Source of the DNA: an uncultured Poribacteria bacterium
GTDB taxonomy: Bacteria; Poribacteria; WGA-4E; WGA-3G
DNA length: 64,000 nt
Direction of reading: 5' to 3'
Assembly: GCA_958296135.2 (NCBI GenBank)
Contig: CATQHZ020000001.1
Span: forward strand, 2,816,001-2,880,000
The notes below the pieces were generated by a model, which did not search any database, was not told the origin of the DNA, and worked only from the letters and a program-made list of their open reading frames with translations. The position numbers were made by a program, and so were the translations under genes. Positions within the stretch are counted from its first letter, which is position 1; each line of letters starts with the position of its first letter. Shown here piece by piece: positions 31,407 through 40,498 of the stretch.

Positions 31407-32111
31407 TCAGCGGACACCTGATGAAAACAGTTCTGTTAACAAACGTTCGGTTCTCACCGCCTGTATTTTGTCTCCAGCGAGCCGCATGGCGGAAATATGC
31501 GCGTGTAAAAACGCTACGTCTGCAGGTGTATCCACATCATACCACGGAGGTAGGAGGCCCATCGTTGCGCCCGTTGAACGCGCGCGCGCGACCGTCTGTT
31601 GAAAAACGGAGTCGGTGCTCCACGCGATCTCCTCAAAAACGAAAGGCACCGTGCTCGCGAGGTTCTCCGCAGAAAATCCGATGAGGTAATAGCCTCCGTC
31701 AACACTCGGCCCAAGCACAATATCCCGTGAGTCCAGCGTCGCAATTGCCTGAGAAACGGACGAAAGCGGCAGTGTCGGGCTGTCGGAACCGACGATTAAA
31801 ATCTTCGGATACCCTTGTTCGGCTGCCCACTGCGTTGCTGAGATGAGGCGTTCCCCGAGGTCATCGCCAACTTGCGGAATGTAGATAGCATCCTTTCCGA
31901 TTAACGCTTGTAAATCAGATAGACTTTCTGGTGGCGTATACGCGATAATCCGCGTCGCATTGGGCAGTGCGGCGAGCGTTTCGCACCAATCCATGAGGAA
32001 CGCGCGATATAACCGTGCCGCTTGCTCTGGCGAGAGTTGCGGAATGAGCCGCGTTTTGACCTGGTTCGGCATCGGATTCTTCGCGAAGATAATCAGACAC
32101 GTTTCTGTCAT
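31407..32111 (-). CDS. TIGR04282/DUF2064 glycosyltransferase-like protein
   Basis: FAKNP..VKTRL, Q.GDDLGER, GSDSP, GPSVDGGYYLIG, DVD. Confidence 0.85.
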   Translation of the reverse strand: MTETCLIIFAKNPMPNQVKTRLIPQLSPEQAARLYRAFLMDWCETLAALPNATRIIAYTPPESLSDLQALIGKDAIYIPQVGDDLGERLISATQWAAEQGYPKILIVGSDSPTLPLSSVSQAIATLDSRDIVLGPSVDGGYYLIGFSAENLASTVPFVFEEIAWSTDSVFQQTVARARSTGATMGLLPPWYDVDTPADVAFLHAHISAMRLAGDKIQAVRTERLLTELFSSGVR

Positions 32112-32122
32112 GGGAATTGTTT

Positions 32123-32377
32123 TCAGGATGTCTGCCGGAGTGCTGCGCGCAAACGTGAAAGTAAACCGCCACCGTGCTTTTGAGGTGGGCTCTCTGGTTT
32201 TTGACAAACTTCAATGTAGAAATCCACCATTCCTTCAAAAGCGGTGCGCAGTTCCTCGGCGGTATCCCCATCAAAACTGACAATATCATCAATATCAACG
32301 ACGCGGCCGACGAAGCAGCTGTCTTCCTCGCTATAGCGGATTTCGGCGGTGTAGCCTCTATGCGTCATTGTCTTCAT
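32123..32377 (-). CDS. hicB: HicB-family antitoxin (DNA-binding C-terminus truncated or degenerate)
   Basis: GYTAEIRYSEED..FVGRV..I.DIVSF.G.T.EELR.AF..VD.Y. Confidence 0.8.
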   Translation of the reverse strand: MKTMTHRGYTAEIRYSEEDSCFVGRVVDIDDIVSFDGDTAEELRTAFEGMVDFYIEVCQKPESPPQKHGGGLLSRLRAALRQTS

Positions 32378-32544
32378 GGTGTGTGCAGACCTGCCTCGTA
32401 TTCGTCAGATAAATTTAGGGCGGTGCCGTTGTAAACCCGCGAAGAAATGACAATGGCGGGCCGCCGGTTTTGAATCTCATTCCCACTTTGGGGACTAAAG
32501 TCAATCCAAACGACATCACCTATATCGGGAACATATTCCGACAC
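32374..32544 (-). pseudogene. Truncated MazF/PemK toxin with a foreign (possibly HicA-derived) tail
   Basis: MSEYVPDIGDVVWIDFSPQSGNEIQNRRPAIVISSRVYN then TALNLSDEYEAGLHTP*; ATGA overlap with hicB. Confidence 0.8.
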
Positions 32545-32556
32545 CGATTTGTTCTC

Positions 32557-32916
32557 CTATCCTACTTCGTTGCCGACTGCCGGCCCTGTGTCTACCTCAC
32601 CGTGCGCGTGTTCCTCGGTGATTTCGGCCACGAGTTCCTCGAGTTTCAGACGAGGGAGTTTCACCGTGCGGCGAGTTTTTTCGCAACGATGCGGCACACC
32701 GTTGGGATCCTTAACATCCCCACCGTGCGAGTTTTTCTCAGGCATCTGGCCCACGAGTTCCTCGAGTTTCAGACGAGGGAGTTTCACCGTGCGGCGAGTT
32801 TTTTCGCAACGATGCGGCACACCGTTGGGATCCTTAACAAGCGAATTGTGCGCTATCTTCGAGAGATCTGCCAACTTCGCCAACGCTTTCTCGGATTTTG
32901 TCGTTTTTGCCGCCAT
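32557..32916 (-). CDS. MazE/ChpS-like antitoxin with an internal 123-bp (41-aa) duplication
   Basis: C-terminus LEELVAEITEEHAHGEVDTGPAVGNEV; repeat copies at ~32628 and ~32751. Confidence 0.7.
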   Translation of the reverse strand: MAAKTTKSEKALAKLADLSKIAHNSLVKDPNGVPHRCEKTRRTVKLPRLKLEELVGQMPEKNSHGGDVKDPNGVPHRCEKTRRTVKLPRLKLEELVAEITEEHAHGEVDTGPAVGNEVG

Positions 32917-33011
32917 GTCCTATTTTCCTCCTGAACGAAACACAAAACGTCGATTGTCCTTAAGTGCTAATTATACCACGTCAACTCGGAAGATAGCAAA
33001 TTAAAAACAGG

Positions 33012-34040
33012 CTACCGGTCTTCAATCAGTTCGCGAACCGGTGGATTCTCTGGTTCTGCTGGCGGCCGCTGACTGAACCACCACGCCAACACCATCGCGA
33101 GGCACGCAAGGAGAATCGCGCTGAATGCCATCGGGATGCCTTTTACCTGCCCCTCACTCGCATCGATCTGGGATTTGGCAATAATTGCAGATACCCCGCT
33201 CACCAGCGAAAGCCCGAGGATAACTGTCCACGGCATCTGGAAAAGCGCGGCGAATAGGGCAATAACTGCAACAGAGAGACTCAGTTTGGCAAGCGCGTTG
33301 TAGCGTGTCGCGTTAGGCGCGGTTTGACTCTCCGCAGTGTTGTCGTGTCTATATGGTATTGGAACCGGCGCGCCTTCCTGATACGTCATCTCAATGAGGC
33401 GAATGAATTCCGCCAGCGACTTTCCTTGTTGAATCCACTCAAACAGCACCGGATATTCGTGCCGGAGGAGGATAACAAACTCTTGACGTTGCGCGCTAAA
33501 ATCGGTGAACTCCTCCCACTCGTCTTCGGGCACGGTGATGAACGGTTCGGGCCCGACGCGAATTTCGTATCCTTGTTCAGGCACATAGACGACACTACCG
33601 ATGCCCTCGCGTTCCGCAAGCGTTACCTCTGCGGAATCTGTAGACACTGCCGCTTGATTTTCCGCTGTCTCAACAGCGGCGAGATCGCGTTGTTTGAGTG
33701 CTTCTGCTGCTTCCTCGTGCATATTCGCCATTTCGTTATCTGTGATGGCAACGCCAATGCGGCTTACCAACTCCATAGCGGCTACCTGATGTTGCTGTTC
33801 AACTAAAAGTGCGGTTCGGCGTTCGGAGCGCACTTTGAGCGGGCGGCATCGGATCTGTTGCGCCTCCAACGTCGTTTGAACGAGTTTCGCCTCCCACTCG
33901 TCATCGGTGCAATGGATCTCCACCCAATCTGAAGGTTGAGACATTTCCGAGCCGACGAGTTGAGAAGCCTGGTCTAGTTTGCCGCTGCCGATTTTTATTT
34001 CGTCGTACGGCGGTGTGGTAACCTTTTTTTTTGCATCCAT
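33012..34040 (-). CDS. Hypothetical membrane protein (N-terminal DUF2007-like motif, C-terminal TM helices)
   Basis: EWEAKLVQTTLEAQQI motif; hydrophobic C-terminus. Confidence 0.6.
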   Translation of the reverse strand: MDAKKKVTTPPYDEIKIGSGKLDQASQLVGSEMSQPSDWVEIHCTDDEWEAKLVQTTLEAQQIRCRPLKVRSERRTALLVEQQHQVAAMELVSRIGVAITDNEMANMHEEAAEALKQRDLAAVETAENQAAVSTDSAEVTLAEREGIGSVVYVPEQGYEIRVGPEPFITVPEDEWEEFTDFSAQRQEFVILLRHEYPVLFEWIQQGKSLAEFIRLIEMTYQEGAPVPIPYRHDNTAESQTAPNATRYNALAKLSLSVAVIALFAALFQMPWTVILGLSLVSGVSAIIAKSQIDASEGQVKGIPMAFSAILLACLAMVLAWWFSQRPPAEPENPPVRELIEDR

Positions 34041-34042
34041 CG

Positions 34043-34723
34043 TTATACCCCGCGTTTGTCGCCCCAGATATCCACATGCACGCGAGGCGAATAGCGATAC
34101 CCGTTTGCTTTACAGAGTTCAACCAGCCATTCCTGTTTCTGCTGGAGCATCTGCGGCGTTATCCCTTGAGGCATCAGCATAATTGTCTCGGCAGGAATAC
34201 CGATGTCCGCCTGCAACGCTTGAATCTCCGCCAAGTCGTCAGGTGTATCTACGACAAACTTGACTTGGCACGGGTACGCGTCCAAAAACTTTCGGATAAC
34301 GTCAGGCTGAATGCGTTCGCGTTCGTGCCGTTTCAAAAAGCGATTGTCCGCCGGTGGATTGGAGTTGCGCAGTTTCGGGCTCATCGAAATGAGATGCGCG
34401 GCAACCTCGGCGAAAACCGTGGCGTTCGTCTCAATCGTGATGTGATGTCCCCGTTTAGCCAACTTGTCACAGAGGGCTCTCAACTCTTCTGTCTGAATAA
34501 ACGGTTCACCGCCAGTGATGACGACGTGTTTGCAGCCATATTGCGCGATCGCCGCGACACTCTCTGCTACGGTGATGTCCTTGTTTTCAGGCTTCCACGA
34601 GGTGTAAGGGGTGTCGCACCAAACACAGCGCAGATTGCAGTAGCTGGTCCGAAAAAAAACAGAGGGAACACCGATAAGCTGCCCTTCACCTTGGATTGTG
34701 TGGAACAGTTCGCTAAATTTCAT
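34043..34723 (-). CDS. queE: 7-carboxy-7-deazaguanine synthase (radical SAM)
   Basis: TIQGEG, CNLRCVWCDT, TGGEP, ETN, SPK, PRVH. Confidence 0.92.
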   Translation of the reverse strand: MKFSELFHTIQGEGQLIGVPSVFFRTSYCNLRCVWCDTPYTSWKPENKDITVAESVAAIAQYGCKHVVITGGEPFIQTEELRALCDKLAKRGHHITIETNATVFAEVAAHLISMSPKLRNSNPPADNRFLKRHERERIQPDVIRKFLDAYPCQVKFVVDTPDDLAEIQALQADIGIPAETIMLMPQGITPQMLQQKQEWLVELCKANGYRYSPRVHVDIWGDKRGV

Positions 34724-34920
34724 GGTTCAGTCCAACGCTGGATTGTAGTGTTCCCGGCGTTTTCGGCGCACGGCGAGGAACAGTGGCCATCTCTGCAGCG
34801 AGGCTGCAGAGATGCCAGCGTTACAGGTAAGGTAGTTTGCTTTTGCGCGCCTACCGTAGGCACGTTTGCTGTAGACGTGGCCGTGACTGCCCTCGCCCTA
34901 CAAGACGATGGAGAAGACGG

Positions 34921-35292
34921 CTAGGCCTCAATAAGCTCGATTTGGACGTTATCGGGGCCCTTGAAAAACGCCATCATCAGGCCGGAGGGTTTCAGATCTT
35001 CGAGTTCTGCCCCTTTTGCCTGCAGTTCGGCGACGGCTGCATCCAGGTCTTCAACGGTAAAGGCGAGTTGGTAGACACCCCAGCGCGGATTGCCGCTGGT
35101 GGCTTCTATCTCCATGTCGCCGAGTTTGGGGGAGAGGAAAATCCGTTCCCCACCGATGTCCATCCGGATAATTTTCAAGCCCCGCACCTCAACGGTTTCG
35201 GTGACTTTTCCATCAAACATCTCTTGATAATACTGAACGGCCCCTCCCAGGTCTTCGCACCGGAGGTGGACGTGATGAAACGTGTATGCCAT
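34921..35292 (-). CDS. VOC/glyoxalase family protein
   Basis: HHVHL, LAFTVED, GPDNVQIEL. Confidence 0.85.
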   Translation of the reverse strand: MAYTFHHVHLRCEDLGGAVQYYQEMFDGKVTETVEVRGLKIIRMDIGGERIFLSPKLGDMEIEATSGNPRWGVYQLAFTVEDLDAAVAELQAKGAELEDLKPSGLMMAFFKGPDNVQIELIEA

Positions 35293-35555
35293 AGTGAAAT
35301 CTCCTATAAACGTTGCACCCCTAAACGGGTTTTAAAGGAATAGAACTTTTCTTTCTGTTTTCCGCGCCTCAATGGTGCGCGCGGTTTTTGTCAGATTACA
35401 CCCATTTTCGCATAACGTCACTATTTTTTCAAGTTAATTTTTTCTTAGGTAGACGCGTGCGAGGGACAGGCCCTCGCCCTATGGGCATCCGGTACTTTTG
35501 ACATTTCAAACGCTATATGGTATCATCATTTCTGTTGAATGGAGGAACAAACCTG

Positions 35556-37607
35556 ATGTCATTACACAAATGGACAACACTTCAACCTGCACAGATTCGC
35601 CGACTTGCATCCGAACTTGCAAGGCGAGAGATGCCCGTGATTGTGCCCCTGGAGCCTATCGCTGATTTTGAAGAGCTCCTCACGTTTGCGGAAGCGCGCC
35701 CTACGCCAATTGCATTCGCACCACAGGAACCTGCTTGGAGACCGGAATCGGTGGCGGCGCGCGTGCAGGAGGCAATTGCTATTGCCGCCCATGAACCGCT
35801 CAGCGATGACAACTGGGGGCCGCTGGCGCGTATCCTTTTGGAGCACGCCGAATACTTGTATACCTATCCTGATGCTGCTACCGCGCGAGAAAAACTAGCC
35901 GCTGGCACCGCATTGGCATTGGCTAGCTGTGTGTGCCACTCCATGCCGCAAGCGGATTTGTGGCGGCTCGCTGGGTTCGGACGCATTGCCAACTCCCTTG
36001 CCGAAGCCGCGCAGGCGGCCGCCGACACGCATCTGATTGCGCCGTTGGATCTCGCCTTTTCGTTCGCATACGAACTGAATCTGCAGATTTTAGAACCTGC
36101 GCTCTCTGTCTATAACGTTGTGAGAGAATCGCGGCCGTTTATGCCAAAGAACCCTCTCACATTTCCCTTAACGACCCGAGATTTCTTTCGCCAACTCAAT
36201 TTGGATTTTCCGGGGATGGAACAAGTTAAATCTGCTGTTTTGGCTGGCAATCTCGTCGATGCAAAGGCAGCTTACACGGAATTTCGGCAGCAATTCTTAT
36301 CGGCATTTCAGGGCTGGCGAGGGACAGGCCCTCGCCCTACGGGTGAAGAAGTAATTGACGTAGACATGATGCTGGAAAGATCGGATACGGCCAGCACTGC
36401 CACATCCTATTTAGCGTCCCTGCTTCAGTTGTCCATTCACCCGGCACCAGCGATTTCGGGAACTACGGAGATAGGCATCGCGGCACTGCTCTTCCCCGAA
36501 TTCCGCGGCAGTGAGCAGCTGCTCGCGCTTGCGTTACGCCGCTATCAGTGGATAACCGATGCCTTCTTCTATCCCGATGGATTTCACAGAGACCGGACGC
36601 TGCGCGCCCAAGTTGACGCAATCGCCGACTTCGCCAGATTCCTGCGCTGTCAACGCGAACACCAGACTACGGAATTACGTCCCTTCCTTGAAAAACTGAT
36701 AGAAGCGTGCCTCGCTTTGAGCCATCCAGATCTCTCTTTTCCCGAACTCGGTGCGGGGCCCGCTCCCAATTTCCGCGCTGATGAACTGTGCGAGATTGGC
36801 GACATCGGTATCAGACGACAGACGACATCACACGCGCTCCCTGACACCGGCTACTACGTGATGCGAAACGGTGGGGGGCTTGATGAACAGTATCTGCTTT
36901 TCGATGCTGCGCAGTTGGAAATTCGTTCCCTTTTCGCGCGCGGGAGACAACTCTGCAGCGAGGCGGCAGAGATGACAAAGTTTCGGCGTAACGGCCCTCA
37001 CCCTACGGGTTCAGAAACGAGTTCCCCCCAACGCGAGGCTGCCGATACCCGATGGATAACATCTCCTACCTTCGATTTTGTGGAGAGTTGGCACAAAGGG
37101 CGCGACGTTCATCACAAACGCTCCATTTTCTATGTGAAAGGCGACTATTTTATCGTGCACGATTTATTTATCGGTGATGGGGAGCATGCAGTGGAACCGG
37201 CTTTTCGTCTTGCCGCACAGCAGCACACACACCTTTTCATTAGCACAGTCGGTGATACTGATAAATTACCCGCTGTCATGAACACGCTTTTGTTTCCGAT
37301 GAGACCGGAAGTCGGAGAACATCCGACTATTTCCTCTATCGTTGTTGACACTGCCGCTGATGTGCTGGCAACCGGCTTCACGGTGGAGGCGAATGGCGTA
37401 ACAGACACGTTTCTCATTTCCGATGACGGTTTCGCGGAAATGTCTACAGCGGATATTGAGTTTGTCGGAGAATATCTCTTTTTACGCGGTGAGCAGTTCG
37501 TGATGCTCAACGCGCGGTTCCTCAAAGTAGCGGATAACATCCTCGCCGATTTTGGTGAACCGCGCGAAAGTTATATACGGATGAACCGCGCCACGGATGG
37601 ACATTAG
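35556..37607 (+). CDS. Heparinase II/III-like protein, degenerate, with in-frame REP inserts
   Basis: LNLDFPGM, YPDG, LPDTGYYVMR, YLLFD, HKRSIFYV..YFIVHD; GGAGG RBS; TTGACA-TATCAT promoter at 35498-35526. Confidence 0.7.
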   Translation: MSLHKWTTLQPAQIRRLASELARREMPVIVPLEPIADFEELLTFAEARPTPIAFAPQEPAWRPESVAARVQEAIAIAAHEPLSDDNWGPLARILLEHAEYLYTYPDAATAREKLAAGTALALASCVCHSMPQADLWRLAGFGRIANSLAEAAQAAADTHLIAPLDLAFSFAYELNLQILEPALSVYNVVRESRPFMPKNPLTFPLTTRDFFRQLNLDFPGMEQVKSAVLAGNLVDAKAAYTEFRQQFLSAFQGWRGTGPRPTGEEVIDVDMMLERSDTASTATSYLASLLQLSIHPAPAISGTTEIGIAALLFPEFRGSEQLLALALRRYQWITDAFFYPDGFHRDRTLRAQVDAIADFARFLRCQREHQTTELRPFLEKLIEACLALSHPDLSFPELGAGPAPNFRADELCEIGDIGIRRQTTSHALPDTGYYVMRNGGGLDEQYLLFDAAQLEIRSLFARGRQLCSEAAEMTKFRRNGPHPTGSETSSPQREAADTRWITSPTFDFVESWHKGRDVHHKRSIFYVKGDYFIVHDLFIGDGEHAVEPAFRLAAQQHTHLFISTVGDTDKLPAVMNTLLFPMRPEVGEHPTISSIVVDTAADVLATGFTVEANGVTDTFLISDDGFAEMSTADIEFVGEYLFLRGEQFVMLNARFLKVADNILADFGEPRESYIRMNRATDGH

Positions 37608-37795
37608 GGCACCCTTCTCAACCAAGCAAATGCGCCTGAGTCAGGTATTGTTCTGGTATAGCACCTTCACGTGGCAAATAGATTGCGACGTTGATGCCTA
37701 ATCCGTGTAAGTAACGGCACATCAACGGTCCGACATCCTTCCACATGTCAACTCTTTTTTTTGACTAGTGGGAACTCGTTCCCACCACTGCCCAT

Positions 37796-37853
37796 TAGCG
37801 TTTTCTACATACCCCGCCTGAAGACAGGGGTTTTGAAAACGGGGAGCTTGATA
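37796..37853 (-). mobile_element. IS200/IS605-like subterminal hairpin end (non-autonomous remnant)
   Basis: Minus strand TTTATCAAG...AAAACCCCTGTCTTCAGGCGGGGTATGTAG; no transposase nearby. Confidence 0.5.
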
Positions 37854-37897
37854 AAAAGGATACCATATCCCAGATTAATTGTCAAACGGCTCCGCGG

Positions 37898-38575
37898 TCA
37901 TTCCGGTGGATTGCAAGTAGCGCAAGGGGCGTGCTCTTGCTTTGCGACTTCCAGCGGAATTCCGACCTTCTTTTTAGTCCTTTTTATGAATATGCAATTC
38001 GCACGATGATACTTCGCTCCTGAAGGGGTCACGTAGACCAGGGTATCATCAGCCGCTGGAATTCCCTGACGAGTCGGGGTCCACAACCCTTTTTCCGCTG
38101 CCCGTGCGCGGCCTTCGTAATGCTCAAACAATGCAAGATGCTTGAACGGAGCAAGTGTGTTCACCTGCGCGTAGCCTTGGCGGATACCCTCCAGATTCAC
38201 AAACAGCCGATCCGGTGCCCGGTAAAGATACGCTTGCAAATCTCCGGCCGTGTCAGGTGTGTCTGTCTCAAATTCGAGATAGACAGACTCCCCAAGCAAG
38301 AGGTTGTGCAGGAACGCCGCCGCCTTTTCTCGCGCCACTTCAACCGGGTTATCAGGATGCATCACCTCTGGCATCTTCACGCCGATGAGTTTGACACGCG
38401 TGGGAGTGCCTTCGTAGTGGAGTTCCACCGTGGCGGCATCGATGCCTTTGAGCACCGGGTAAGTAGTTTCGTCGGCGAACTCTACATCAGGATAGGGGAG
38501 TAGCCCGTTGTCGCTGTAGTCAACGGGTACGAATCCGAAGACGAGTAGTAGTGCTAAGAATATTTTTAATTTCAT
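37898..38575 (-). CDS. Secreted thermonuclease (SNase)-fold protein with C-terminal Cys/His metal-binding motif, copy 1; active site degenerate
   Basis: Signal peptide, KLIGVKMPE, LQAYLY, FVNLE..RQGYA, AR...KGLW, VYVT.SG.KYH..C...PC..C.P. Confidence 0.85.
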   Translation of the reverse strand: MKLKIFLALLLVFGFVPVDYSDNGLLPYPDVEFADETTYPVLKGIDAATVELHYEGTPTRVKLIGVKMPEVMHPDNPVEVAREKAAAFLHNLLLGESVYLEFETDTPDTAGDLQAYLYRAPDRLFVNLEGIRQGYAQVNTLAPFKHLALFEHYEGRARAAEKGLWTPTRQGIPAADDTLVYVTPSGAKYHRANCIFIKRTKKKVGIPLEVAKQEHAPCATCNPPE

Positions 38576-38645
38576 GGATAAATCCTCCATGCGAGGCAGA
38601 AGGGCAAATTTCCGGATTCGCCCGTTTAATTAATGCTCCGCCTTA

Positions 38646-39455
38646 TTATCCCCAATAATTTAAGTGGCCGTATTTCTCCGTGAATTCCTGATAATCTCGC
38701 AGGTTTCTCATGTGGGAATGCCCAGGTTGCTCGGCATGGCAACGAATGCAGAGCGCAATCAAATCCTCAGGGTTGTTATACCCCGTTCCTCTGATATGGT
38801 GGGCGTGGAGAAAACGCCTTTGAGGTCTAAGTCTTAGATCTATACGGCATTTCTCACATTGCCAATTGGCTCTTTCACGACACTGCAGTGAGCGCAAATG
38901 CCAATCTGGCGGATAATTTGATGGAGAACCTGTGATTGGGGTAGTTATGGGGCCGTAAAGTCCATCAATCGGAGGTGGCTCATAACCAGGGTCGATGGCA
39001 TTAAACCAGTCAACTAAAGGAAAAGCATCTACGGTGTAGCGATACTTCATGTTCAGTTCTAGCCACAAGCAGTTTTTACAGATGTGCAATCTATGTGTCT
39101 TTGGCTCAGCACGCTGAAGGTTATCGGAGAAATTGAGTAGGAATTCCCCATCTGTTCGCCTCGTTACAACATAGCGTTTGTATCTACCCGCGCTTCGCAT
39201 CATCTTGAGGGTGCGACAATCTACGACGTGGTATTTCGGCAGACCACCTTTCATGTCTCGTATATAGAGAACAACTTTTCGCCCCTTGTATTCGAGGGTT
39301 CCGTTGGAAGCAACTTCGACTTCATCGCCTCCCACGATTTTGCCCTTTTCCAGGTCTCGATCAAGTTTCGGATCTGAGACGGCAAAAGGACGGAACGGAA
39401 CGCCCATTTGCCGAAGTAGATCATCCAAGTTTGGAAACTCAGTTGGTAACTTCAA
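38646..39455 (-). CDS. zorE: Zorya type II HNH nuclease
   Basis: KYHVVDC, CKNCL, CEKC...LHAHH...N..DLIALCIRCH; third gene after MotA/MotB homologues. Confidence 0.8.
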   Translation of the reverse strand: MKLPTEFPNLDDLLRQMGVPFRPFAVSDPKLDRDLEKGKIVGGDEVEVASNGTLEYKGRKVVLYIRDMKGGLPKYHVVDCRTLKMMRSAGRYKRYVVTRRTDGEFLLNFSDNLQRAEPKTHRLHICKNCLWLELNMKYRYTVDAFPLVDWFNAIDPGYEPPPIDGLYGPITTPITGSPSNYPPDWHLRSLQCRERANWQCEKCRIDLRLRPQRRFLHAHHIRGTGYNNPEDLIALCIRCHAEQPGHSHMRNLRDYQEFTEKYGHLNYWG

Positions 39456-40471
39456 TTCTCCACTCCCGAGTCATTGAATCGTTTCATAAGTTGTTCAATC
39501 TCCTCAATGAGTTTTTCAGATTTTGTGACAACCCGAAACTCAACACGACGAGATTCCGTTTTGTTTTCCATCAGAAGGCCGACAGCCCTTTCCAGAGCCT
39601 CTTGTTTAAAATTAGAAAACGTTTGAATAGCCCTAACCCTATTGACAATGTCCAACTGGGTAGGTTTTTCGCTGCTCTGCCAATCCCGCATTTCGCGACG
39701 AATCTGCGAATGCAATTGTTCGACTTCCAACTCAGGAATTCCAGTTTCCTTTGCCACAGCGTCATAAGAATTGGCTGGAAGTAAACGAGTTCTATCCAAA
39801 TCCAAAACGAGTTGGCTAGAAGAGAGCCCATTGGCTGTCAAATTTTTCTTGAGCCATTCCTTGTTTGGGGTTACCGCAGGACGTGCGATTCGTAGAACGT
39901 AGTGGAGCACGTTCCTCGCCCGGTCCTGCGATAACTCCATATTGTTAATATAAGCTTCATTGCCCGTGACTTTGACGAACCATTCGCTGGACGTGTGGCC
40001 TTCAATACGAATTTCCGAAATTTCGTTCCGGTAGTCGTCTTTCGTTAAAATTGCAACATACCGCGGGAAGAAATCGCGTAAGACACTCTTGAACGCGTTC
40101 GGAACGGTGGCCTCCCCTTGTTTAAATGGCTTTTTAAAACGGATAGATAGGGTTTCTATGTCCAAGTAACCCCTCCACTCTGTCCTAAACTGCCTCTTTT
40201 TGGTGGGACTACCCTCAAATTCCTCCTGCAAATCGTCTGATAGTTGTGCCTGCAAATTTTTGTAAGCACCAAGCAGGTCTTTAATCTTCATCTGAAGACC
40301 CTGAATCCTATTCGATTCACGCTCAGCATTTGCTCTGTGACGGTTGGCATTCACCATGTAACTGATGGCGATGAAAAGAAATATCACCATTAGCCCGGCC
40401 ATCACATCGGATATGGAAACCCAATGTTCTTCGGTGTCGTGTTCCTGCGTTCCCAACCAATTCCCCAACAT
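39452..40471 (-). CDS. zorB: Zorya ZorB (MotB/OmpA-like)
   Basis: WVSISDVMAGLM TM with conserved Asp, IRIEGHTS, LSQDRA, NGLSSS, SRRVEFRV. Confidence 0.9.
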   Translation of the reverse strand: MLGNWLGTQEHDTEEHWVSISDVMAGLMVIFLFIAISYMVNANRHRANAERESNRIQGLQMKIKDLLGAYKNLQAQLSDDLQEEFEGSPTKKRQFRTEWRGYLDIETLSIRFKKPFKQGEATVPNAFKSVLRDFFPRYVAILTKDDYRNEISEIRIEGHTSSEWFVKVTGNEAYINNMELSQDRARNVLHYVLRIARPAVTPNKEWLKKNLTANGLSSSQLVLDLDRTRLLPANSYDAVAKETGIPELEVEQLHSQIRREMRDWQSSEKPTQLDIVNRVRAIQTFSNFKQEALERAVGLLMENKTESRRVEFRVVTKSEKLIEEIEQLMKRFNDSGVEN

Positions 40472-40498
40472 ATCTTACCCCTCTCAGATCTGTTAACG

